Source: Octopus vulgaris (taxonomy: Eukaryota). Taken from it: a DNA stretch of 64,000 nt. A program made the position numbers and the translations under genes. Under the pieces are notes generated by a model. It worked only from the letters and a program-made list of their open reading frames with translations, was not told where the DNA came from and made no database searches. Location of the stretch: the NCBI GenBank assembly GCA_951406725.2, contig OX597824.1:76508001-76572000 (forward strand), written 5' to 3'. Positions 53,112-64,000 of the stretch are shown here, piece after piece. Numbering within the stretch: position 1 is the stretch's first letter; every line of letters begins with the position of its first letter.

Positions 53112-54322
53112 TTGGGTTGGCAACTAAGTTCCCACCGTTTTTTTAAATTTAAATTTTTTTAAAGGTTTAATAAAAAAACAACTAATTAATCAATAATATA
53201 TTCACCCTTTTTGTTTACAAATTCTTTCCAACGAAGCTCTCAATTCTGCATCAATATTGAACGAAATTCCGCGCAATGATACCGAAAGCGGTGGAAATCT
53301 GTTGGTACCAAATCAAGAGAGTACGGCGGGTGTGGCAGCACTTCCCAGCCATTCGTTTGAATGGCTTCCTTGGTCATATTGGCGATATGAGGGCGGGCGC
53401 TGTCGTGCAGCAGAACTCCATGCTGCCGATTAGGTCTTTTCTCTTGAATAGCCGTGTTGAGTTGTTCCATCTGTTGAACATAGTGTTCCGCGTTGACCGC
53501 TTGGTTCCGTTCAGGCAATCCGTAATGGATAATCCCTTCCCAGTCCCACCATACGCACAATATCGTTTTACACGGATGATGATCTTGTTTCACGCTATGT
53601 GCCGCTTGTTTAACTGGGCTAAGCCATTCCTTATGCTGCTTCAAATTGATGTACAGGCACCATTTTCGTCGCCAGTAATGATTCAGTAAAGAAACCGTTG
53701 CTTGTGTCCATGAGTTGAGCGGTGACGAGCAAGCAAACCAGCGGAGATTATGGCTCGTTGATTTTTGTTGTTGTCACTTAAAGCATGCGGAATCCATGCT
53801 CCATACTTCTGAACCTTTCCCGTCGAGTGAAGATGCTTCTCTATAGCAGTGTGGGAGCATTCCATTTTCTCTGCCAGTTCCCTTGTCGTTTGACAAGAAT
53901 TTTCGTGCAAAAGTTCGTTTAATCGCTCTTCATCGAACTCAACTGGACGACCAGAACGAGGTGCGTCTTTGACATCAAAATTTTCATTTTTGCACTTGGC
54001 ATACCAACCACAAGCGGTTCTTTCAGCTATGGCACCCTCTCCATACATAGCACAAATGTCGCGAGCAGCTTTTGTGGCCTTAGAATCTTGATTAAAAGCA
54101 AAAAGAAGGTGTTGAAAATGCTCGTTGTTTTTAACTTGACATTCCATTTTAATGACGTGAAAATAAATAAAAATTAACTAAAATTAACTAGAAAAAAACC
54201 CCACACAAAAGAGATTCCAAAATGAATCAAAAATAGAATTCTCGAAAAATAGATTCCAAAATTTAACAATGCAATACATTCCAAAATTTAAAAAAACGGC
54301 GGAAACTTAGTTGCCAACCCAA
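53112..54322 (-). mobile_element. Near full-length mariner with frameshifted DD34D transposase (53683-54147, 53240-53644)
   Basis: ~39-bp TIRs ttgggttggcaactaagtt.. flanked by TA; PRSGRP, WIPHAL, ITGDE, HDSARPH, HPPYSLDLVPTD. Confidence 0.95.
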
Positions 54323-54565
54323 TATATATATATATATCAAGACAAGAAGATACTACAATGATTTATCAATATATTAAGATATATTAAACACATTATAGTA
54401 TAATTGGCTCGATAGAAATTAAAAACCCAAAAGGAATTAATAAATAAAGGTTTGCTGTGTCCACTCCCCGTAAACGTAATTGAGTTTTGTGTATTTTTGT
54501 GGTCTCAGAGTTAATTTTTAAAATCTTATTTTTAGCAATCGCTGGTGCTATTTTGCATCCTATAT

Positions 54566-54675
<110 letters not shown>

Positions 54676-54738
54676 GAGGACTTTTTGCGTAATTAGAAAA
54701 GAACAAGGCTGTGTAGATATTAGAACATTTATAGATAG

Positions 54739-54790
54739 GTCTTACAGCTGTTTCCAGGATATTTATTAATTATATCCCTTCATCGTAGAC
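54739..54790 (-). ncRNA. Hammerhead-like motif with non-canonical core (ACGAUGA) in a TA-flanked element (~54675-54980)
   Basis: gtct-ACGATGA-ag-ggatat..atatcc-tg-GAA-acagctgt-A-agac. Confidence 0.6.
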
Positions 54791-54976
54791 AGTGTGAGAG
54801 GATGATTAAGTAAAAATTAATTTAGATGGAATACAAAGTAGAGTGTGAGGTGGAGGAAAGAAAATAGATAGGAGATATGTAAGGACATTGAAATTGTAGA
54901 TCCATTTTTTAGACAGAATGGTATGTATGTAAGATTCCAATACCTTACGATAAAAATCCAACAACATTTAAAATTG

Positions 54977-55010
<34 letters not shown>

Positions 55011-55012
<2 letters not shown>

Positions 55013-55184
55013 AGGGGCTAAACACAGACGGGACAAATAAGGACAGACAAACGGATTAAGTCGATTACATCGACCCCAGTGAACTGGTACTTAATTTATC
55101 GACCCTGAAAGGATGAAAGGCAAAGTCCACCTCGGCGAAATTTGAACTCAGAACTAAGCATTTCGCCCGGCATGCTAACGTTTC
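55011..55184 (-). mobile_element. SINE family B, partial
   Basis: caaggggctaaacacag...ttgaactcagaac..gctaacgtttctg. Confidence 0.85.
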
Positions 55185-55329
55185 TGTGTGTGTGTGTGTG
55201 TGCGTGTGTGTGTGTGTGTGTGTGTCTGTGTGTGTGCATGCATGTATGTATACATATATACATAATACATATATATATATACATACATACATATACATAC
55301 ATACGTACATACATACATATATACGTACA

Positions 55330-55362
<33 letters not shown>

Positions 55363-56291
55363 GTGTGTGTATGTAATTGTGCATATAAGTATGTATGCAT
55401 TTATTTTTGTATATATAATCTGTTAGAGCTTCAAAATCTATGGAAAGGTAATCTTGCCAATAGCATCTCACGGACTTTTAACGATTTTACTTTTTTTTTA
55501 GTTTTGCTTCTTTAGTTATCCAGGGAATATTATTGTCACGGCATTTCACTAACCTTCTTGATCGAATGTCGATGAACGACTGGCTTGGATTCTTTTCTTT
55601 AGCATCGATTTCAAATTGCCAGGGTGCCACATTACCGCCAGTGTATGTATTCATACATTTACTTAGTTACGTATGTGTGTTTGTCCTCGTGCTTATCAAG
55701 TATGTTTGTGCTTGTGCATCAGGTGTGCGTGTGCGTTTTATCAGAGTTTATATTGATTAAGTTTGTCTTTCTTAACTTGCCTAAGAGTTTTTATTAACGT
55801 AACATCTGTCGCAGAATCTTTTGAAGTTGTTTTCAGTGACCTCTGACTACTTCCTATTTTGACAGTTTATATATTATTCAATTCATAATTTTTTTTTTTA
55901 TTATGTGAAAGCGTATATGAGAAAAGTTATCCTCTTTAAAAGGCCGATGCGACGTACAGGCTGGTTCTGGTCTTTGTTCTGTTTATGAATTCGCAAAGAG
56001 TGCAAAGATCAAGCAACAAAGCGCATGCGCAAGCATGAAAATGTAATGTGTGCTACATAGTAACCGGTACAACGTCGCAAGCTGGGACGAGAGAAATTTG
56101 CGAAACCAATTAATCAATTAAAAAGTTCTTTACTTTCTATACCTAAATGGCGGTGCCCCAGCATGGCCACAGCTCATGAGCTGAAACTAGAATAAATAAA
56201 TCAATCAATCAATCAATTAATTAACGATTAACTTAAATACAACCAATGTGTGTGAATAAATTGGCACTATGATCTCTTCCGAAATAAAGCA

Positions 56292-56332
<41 letters not shown>

Positions 56333-56354
56333 AAAAAAAAAAAAAAGAAATATA

Positions 56355-56668
56355 AAATGTGACTTCATTGACCGAGGTTACCGTGGTCTTTTCCGTAGGC
56401 TTTTCTTTCTACGGGTAAACCTCACCTGTCCTCCCCTTTACACTTCATATTGACATTTCTGTGATAACGATCCCTATTGATCAATTTTTTTTCCTCTCCC
56501 CCTTTTTTTAAACCCCCTTTTTTTGTCCTCTTTCTCTCCTTTTACGATCCCTTTTGATCGAAACTCCCCCTTCCTTTTTTTTTTTTTTTTTTTTAAACCT
56601 TCAAAAGAAAAGCTCTACCTTGTAATTTGTTCTATCTGTGTGCAGCCCTGTGTGGCTAATAAAGAAAC
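56355..56668 (+). mobile_element. Putative LINE 3' UTR fragment inserted in (TATC)n
   Basis: Ends ccttgt..cagccctgtgtggctaataaagaaa like the SINE-B tail but has no SINE head; (TATC)n on both sides. Confidence 0.55.
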
Positions 56669-56669
56669 A

Positions 56670-56700
<31 letters not shown>

Positions 56701-56726
56701 ATGTATATATATATACACATGTATTT

Positions 56727-56769
<43 letters not shown>

Positions 56770-57594
56770 GTATATATATATATATATATATATAATTTTA
56801 AAATAGGATAAAATCTTTATAAGAGATTATCAAGTAGGTAGCGTGAAAAACCTCGTAAGGGAAAAATTTGTTAATTATTCCCTTTAAATATATTTATATA
56901 TATATATTAAGGGCATTACTATAAATGCTTCACGCTAGGAGGGACTCTTAATGTGAAAACTACCATAGTAATGCACTTATAATGTATGTGTGTGTGTGTG
57001 TGCATATATATGTGGTAAGTACAACGTGGTGCTCCAGAATGAGCGCAGTCTAATGACTGAAACAAGTAAAATATAATGTAGTCAAGATATTACAATTATT
57101 AAAAAATAAAAATTAAATCTAATACTCCTCTGTAATTAAAATTTTAAGTTGCATTTTATCTGCAATTATGTTTTTAAAGCAATACAAATATTTAAAAGTT
57201 ATAACCATCTACATTGAAAAATACTAAAATACATAGTTCTGAGCTCAGTCCCAATGCGTGACACCTGGGGCAAGTGTCTTCTACTAAAGACTCGGGCCGA
57301 TCAAAGCCATGTGAGTAGATTTTCTTAGATGGAAACTGAAAGAAACCCTCTGTGTGTGTGTGTGTGTGTGTGTTTGTGTGTGTGTCTGTGTGCGAATATA
57401 TATGTATGTGTCAAGCTGATTCTGGCTGGCTAGACTGCTCATTGACCAGTGTCACCAAAAAGGTCGTAATAGCGCGCTGAGAGGAATTCGTTTTGTAGTG
57501 TGAGAGGTATTCAACTGATTTTCTTTTACTTTGATTAACTGACTGAAGTCTTCTCTAACGGATAATAAATCTGTTGATGAAATATTATATAAAG

Positions 57595-57855
57595 GGTAAA
57601 GACCCCCTTCGGTCACGAATGACCATGGGATTGCACCTAGAAAGTTACCCTCCTAGACACAAGTCCGGGCAAGGTTGTTTATGGAAGACCAGCAGTCGCC
57701 CATGCATACCAGCCTCCCCTCTCCACGCCACCAGTGTTATCCAAGGGAAAGACAAAGGTCGATACAGCTTGGCACCAGTGACGTCGCAACTCATTTCTAC
57801 AGTTGAGTGAACTGGAGCAACGTGAAAATAAAGTGCCTTGCTCAAGAACACAACA
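57595..57855 (-). mobile_element. SINE family C, 5' clipped
   Basis: Reverse complement of 27605-27867. Confidence 0.88.
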
Positions 57856-58254
57856 TATTATATATGCCACATATATTGCATATCCTGCATATGTTGCATA
57901 TATTGCAAAGCATTATATGCAATATGGAATAAAGGATAAGTTTACGGAAATGTACGTAATATCGACTTTGCTTCTCTTTTCTTCACCTGAATGATTATCA
58001 ACTCCGTGAGTTAATAATACATCATGCCTGCTGGATATACATATTTTGGCTTTGCGAAGTGCTCCTTTTATCATTAATATTAGATATAACATATCTTCCT
58101 TCGGTTATTGGATCACTACACCAGCCAGATTCCTACACGAAGTACTGATGAGAGAGCTTGGATTATAATTATATCCTCAACTATATTTGTTTTGTTTGTT
58201 TTTGTTTTTCCAGTTTCAGCTCTTGAGCTGTGGCCATGCTGGGGCACCGCCATT

Positions 58255-58413
58255 GTGGTGAAAGAGTACAGCAGGGATCACCACCCCCTGCCGGAGCCTC
58301 GTAGAGCTTTTTATGTGTTTTTGCTCAATAAACACACACAACGCCCAGTCTGAGAATCGAAACCGCGATCCTGCGACCGCGAGTCCGCTGCCCTAACCAC
58401 TAGGCCATTGCGC

Positions 58414-58416
<3 letters not shown>
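58255..58416 (-). mobile_element. SINE family D, 5' part
   Basis: aatcgaaaccgcgatcc..ccctaaccactaggccattgcgcctc. Confidence 0.85.
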
Positions 58417-58473
<57 letters not shown>

Positions 58474-58715
58474 AACTACACGTGGACCGTTGGCAATTTT
58501 TTTCCTTTTCCTTCCTTTTCTTTTGGACTTTCCTATGTCTCCTGTTTCAGAAGAGCTTTGCTCGAAGCATAAACTAACCACTCTTTCTTTCACTCTCTGA
58601 GCGTCTTATTAATATTTTGCATGTGCCACGTCCTCGCGTTGTCATTTTTCTCGTCTTTTTCTTGTCTTTTATATTATAGATATAAAATCAAAATAAACAA
58701 CAGTATATCAAATAG

Positions 58716-58807
58716 TTATGCTGTACGACCGTTTCAAGCGGATCCATTTAATTGACTAACTCAATCATTACATCGATTAAAATTTAGTGCCTTCTTCAGC
58801 TGCATAA
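58716..58807 (-). ncRNA. Type I hammerhead ribozyme motif with large loop II
   Basis: ttatgcag-CTGAAGA-aggc..gctt-GAA-acggtcgt-A-cagcataa. Confidence 0.72.
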
Positions 58808-58869
58808 ATAAATGGAATTTTAACAAGTAGGACATTTTAATATAATTTTTCTTAAATATTTTAACAGAG

Positions 58870-58960
58870 CCTAGGAGTGGCTGTGTGGTAAGTAGCTTGC
58901 TTACCAACCACATCGTTCCGGGTTCAGTCCCACTGCATGACACCTTGAGCAACTGTCTTC

Positions 58961-59030
<70 letters not shown>

Positions 59031-59272
59031 GTGTATGTGTTTGTGTGTCTGTGTTTGTCCCCCATCATCGCTTGACAACCGATACTGATGTGTTTACGTC
59101 CCCGTAACTTAGCGGTTCGGCAAAAGAGTTCCGATAAGAGTTATTCTTACAAAGAATATGTACTAGGCTTACAAAGAATAAGTCTTGGGGTCGATTTGCT
59201 CGACTAAAAAAATTGGGCGGTACTGCAGCATGGCCGCAGTGAAATGACTGAAACAAGTAAAAGAGTAAAAAG
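58870..59272 (+). mobile_element. SINE family A with internal deletion
   Basis: ggagtggctgtgtggtaag..tgactgaaacaagtaaaagag. Confidence 0.88.
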
Positions 59273-59277
59273 TAGAG

Positions 59278-59341
59278 CATGGAGCATAGTGGGGTCATAG
59301 GGTTGTAAGCTTACAACCCTATGACTCCACTATGCTCTATG
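59278..59341. repeat. 64-bp loopless palindrome
   Basis: 32-bp arms centred on aag|ctt; two mismatches, both G-T on the + strand. Confidence 0.92.
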
Positions 59342-59598
59342 AGAGAGAGAGAGAAGGGAGAGAGGGAGAGAAAGAGTGGGAGGAGGAGGAAAAAGAGGAG
59401 GAGGAAGTGGAGGAAGAATTGAGAAATAATAGAGAAATAAAAAGAACGAGCACTCAGTACATTACATAGGATAAATATTTGTACGTAAGCAGTTGATGAC
59501 ATGATAGTTACGAGTTTCGTATGAATATCATATATTAACAAGTGTTCATATGTGCGTTCGTATGTGCGTGTATTTGTTCCAGCGTGAGCGTGTGAAGG

Positions 59599-59632
<34 letters not shown>

Positions 59633-59907
59633 CGAATGCTAGCCTGTATAATATTCGATTAGCTACAAAAGCAAGACAAAACGAAGATTTCACAACGAAA
59701 GACAATCGTTTTGTTTTCGCTGATCTCCCGTTCGTTGTGCTGCAGTCAAAACGGTGTCCATTAATTGAATGTTCATTATCGCCCATTGTTCGCTATTCAT
59801 TTTATGCTTCATCTTAATTGACACATCGTCATTAAAAGCACTTTTTCTACTAATTAGGTTGTGTATATATATGTGTATACACACAGAAATACGTATGGAT
59901 GTGTGTG

Positions 59908-60107
<200 letters not shown>

Positions 60108-60223
60108 CATATATATACATATGTGTGTGTGTATACATATATATACATATATGTATATATATAAATATAAATATATACACACACATACATATAATGTATA
60201 TATGTAGACTCTCACACACACAT

Positions 60224-60273
<50 letters not shown>

Positions 60274-60515
60274 GTTTGTATATATATAGAGAGACAGACG
60301 ATTATATTTCTCAATAATCAATATCTGTACACCACTTCTAACACTATATACATACATACATTCATACAAACATACATACATACACACATACATGCATACA
60401 TACATACATACATACATACACACATACATGCATACGTACATACATACATACATACATACATACATACATACATACATACATGCTTACATACATACATATA
60501 TATCATATATATCAT

Positions 60516-60595
<80 letters not shown>

Positions 60596-61038
60596 ATATA
60601 TATATATATGATGGAGCTAAATATAGTAAAAAAAGACAGAAGTAACCACAGTCTCAAAAGTGCATAGTCAGTTGCACTTTTTCGAAAATTGTGAGACAGA
60701 TACACATACATACATACATGCGCACGTACTTACATACATACATATATGTACATAAAAACGCAAATACATACAAACACCCTCCCACACACACACATGTAAA
60801 CAGTGTGACTGCATAAGGTAAGGAAATTTATATTAAGACAGGGTCGGCCTTATCTTACCCTCAGAGATATGTTCATTGGGAGTGGGTCTAAGATGATTAG
60901 TGTATAATTTACTGGCGAATGAATATCGTGGCAGGTAAGGTGTAAATGTGAGAAACGGTAGTACATCATAAGTGTGACAGCGTGGAGAGTGAAAAAGATA
61001 TCATACAGTGTGACCTATTAACACTGTAAACTAGTACA

Positions 61039-61111
<73 letters not shown>

Positions 61112-61192
61112 GGTCCCGGGTTGAGTCGGGGTTAACCACAGTAAATAAGGTACTCAATACATAGCAGAGTAAATTAATTTATTTTATAGAAG

Positions 61193-61245
61193 GAGCTTCT
61201 ACAGGACTAGAACTGTTTCATTCAAAAGAAATCATCAGGAAGCCC
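61193..61245 (-). ncRNA. Type I hammerhead ribozyme motif in a TA-flanked element (61109-61263)
   Basis: gggcttc-CTGATGA-t-ttc tttt gaa-t-GAA-acag ttctagtc ctgt-A-gaagctc. Confidence 0.82.
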
Positions 61246-61276
61246 AGCTTCCTGATGATTTCTATATATATATAAA

Positions 61277-61317
<41 letters not shown>

Positions 61318-61326
61318 GGTATATAG

Positions 61327-61392
<66 letters not shown>

Positions 61393-61399
61393 TAGATAT

Positions 61400-62110
61400 A
61401 TTGTCTAAATTTCTCGAAAATGAAAATAACTGAAATACTAAATAGTAAGTTAATTAAATAAAAACGTAATTGGCTTCAATCACGGCCTCCAGACAACTTC
61501 CGAATCTCCTGCAACTCTTCTGGACGTTCTTCTTGTTTAAGAAGGCGAACGCTTCCATAATCTTTACTTTCAGTTCATTTTTGCTGTTGCAAGGAGTTTT
61601 GTTGGTCTCTCGCTTAACTGCGCCCCACACACTATAATGAAGTCGGTTGCAGTCTGAGGAGACAGGTAGACAGATATTAGGGGTGATGTGGTCGCAAAAA
61701 TTGTCTGACGGTCATGACTAGGTTCTCCTGCCTAAGTAGCATGCTGCAGAGTCCTGTTGGCAGGCATAGGATCTTCCAGCAGCTACCCTCTTGACACAGG
61801 TCAGTATTAACTCCTCCAAGCACTTGATGTAGGCCTACGTGTTGAGTCTGAGGCATGTTGAGACATAACGTCGCCATCACTCAGGATCACTCCAAACACC
61901 ATAATGCTGAACGGAAGTTTGATTTTATCAATCTTGCTATATGCACTGTCCTCAGATTGACACACAGACACTCTGAAATGGTCGTATTGCAGCTTCTGGC
62001 GCGAATGACAAGCAGTACAGCATGTCGTTTCCAAATTTCTGGCAGAGTGAATTGCGCCATGGTGCTGTGTTTTTCTCACAGACGGTGGTGCCCAACTGAC
62101 CCTACTACAC
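61400..62110 (-). pseudogene. Degraded maT/DD37D-like transposase, same family as 44628-45223
   Basis: MAQFTLPEIWKRHAV start at 62060, IMVFGVI.SDG, SDCNRLHYSVWGAV, KSCRRF..LEAVIE. Confidence 0.75.
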
Positions 62111-62166
62111 TGTGTAGTCAACAAAATCAAAAACATAAAATATACACATCACAGACTGCGTATATG

Positions 62167-62200
<34 letters not shown>

Positions 62201-62227
62201 TGTATGTATGTATGTATGTATGTATGC

Positions 62228-62274
<47 letters not shown>

Positions 62275-62405
62275 CGTACATATACGTATGTATCTAACTC
62301 GCTTTCATCGAGCGTTAAATTAACTCATTGCTTGAGCATGTCCTCACGTTCGTTTTTTCCTTCTTTTTTTCCTGTCTTTTAATTGTGTTCTTTGAATTGT
62401 CTATA

Positions 62406-62473
<68 letters not shown>

Positions 62474-62706
62474 AATATATATAAATAGATATATATATGT
62501 GCGTGCGTGTGTGTGTGTGTATGAATGTATGTATATATTATACACAAAGGTGGAGGAAGAGAAAGATAGAAATACACTTACGTATGTATATATATATATA
62601 TATGTATGTGTATGTATGTGTATACGTATAGAGTGTATGCATATATGTGTTTTTATACATACATGCTTAGATATATTCATATATATGCACACATAAACAG
62701 ACTCAC

Positions 62707-62737
<31 letters not shown>

Positions 62738-63186
62738 GCTATAGATAGATACACACACACACACACACGCATATATATATATATATATATTGAGCGAGAG
62801 ACTTCGACAGAGAAAGAGAGAGACAGAGAGAGACAGAGAGACAGAGAGAGAGAGAGAGAGACAGAGAGAGAGAGACAGAGACAGAGAGGGAGAGAGAGAA
62901 AGAGAGAGTGAGGCAAAAGAGAGATGAATATGATGAAATGGATTGAAAGAGATTCTTTATTTTATTCATGACACTACAATTGTTTCCACACATCGTTACA
63001 CTCGTAGTTCATTGGTGAGATGAAATAATTAGCAAATTGCTAATTACTTTGCTATCATCACTGGTGTAAAATGTGTTTCTGCTGATTGTTATTTTAAATA
63101 AATATTTTGCTAGATCACGCTTTAATTCATTCTAATACATTATTGTCATTTCACTCTCTACAAGAATGTTTTAAAACTAAATTTTA

Positions 63187-63387
63187 TTTCTATCAGGCAC
63201 AAGGCCCGAAATCTTGGTGGAAGGGGCCAGTTGATTAGATCGACCCCGTATGTAACTGATACATAATTTATGCCCCCCCCCAGAAAGGATCAAAGGCAAG
63301 GTCGACCTCGGCGTAATTTGAAATTAGAACTTAATACCGGTAAGCATTTCGTCCAGCGTTCTTAACGTTTCTGCCAGCTCGCTGCGT
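63187..63387 (-). mobile_element. SINE family B
   Basis: aggcacaaggcccgaaat..aaaggcaaggtcgacctcggcg..ctgccagctcg. Confidence 0.8.
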
Positions 63388-64000
63388 TTAAAACTGTAAA
63401 CATTATGTAAGTTTTCCTGTGGAACATTTGTGTGCTACGTCGTTAAAATCGGAGTAATACTGAAACAATAGGCACTGGTCATTCACCGATTTTCTACACA
63501 TTCAGAAACCCAAAGAATATGTGCGTGTGTGTGTGTGTGTGCGCGCATGTTTCCATCTATCTGTCTTTCTGTTTGTCTGTCCGTTACTGCTTATATGTTG
63601 TACTGTCGTTACTGCCCTGGTTTTATTACCATTTTTACCCCTCTACGAAAAAATCTCAAATTTTAATTGATTTGCTTTTCGCAGGAAGGAAAGTTTCTCA
63701 TCGAAGATACGTCTCGCCTTCACCTTCGAAACGTAGAGTAGATGAAACCATGGCGACTGAAGAAGGGTTTTTTTCTTTGTTGTTTAAAAAATGTCAAGTT
63801 CCTTGGGTTTGTGTCTGTTTTCGTTTCTCATTGTGTTCGACGTTTTTTTGGTGTCCTGTACTCATATATGCGTGTATATATACATGTAGAGGTAGGTACG
63901 TACATATATGTATATATATATGCATGTTTTATTTATTAATATATATATATATATATATATATCACGTGATCACGTGACCGACCAGGCTATCAGATGTAGC

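Noticed and set aside
53240-54147. Active mariner transposase
   Set aside because: A stop and frameshifts split the ORF around the first catalytic Asp and at the C-terminus

Overview
This is AT-rich eukaryotic intergenic or intronic DNA, extremely dense in microsatellites. Its repeat content (four tRNA-headed SINE families; TA, CA, TAA and TATC tracts) points to an octopus or other coleoid genome; that is an inference. I could not support any intact host gene, RNA gene or CRISPR array, and most ORFs in the track are microsatellite artefacts. Recognisable coding remnants are a Helitron PIF1-type helicase split by a SINE at Walker A, two R4/Dong-like RLE LINE 3' fragments in (TAA)n, RTE LINE fragments, a Penelope GIY-YIG tail, mariner, maT and Tigger transposase remnants, and two zinc-knuckle ORF1-like relics. 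The most notable signal is a set of type I hammerhead ribozyme motifs: 736-792, 30064-30143 with its mirror at 29814-29893, 32920-32965, 58716-58807, 61193-61245, plus core variants. Most have a different palindromic stem III and sit in short, often foldback elements in (TA)n tracts. One lies in the loop of a ~108-bp-arm rod. A separate hairpin shows strand-biased G-U pairing. All alignments and counts were done by eye.
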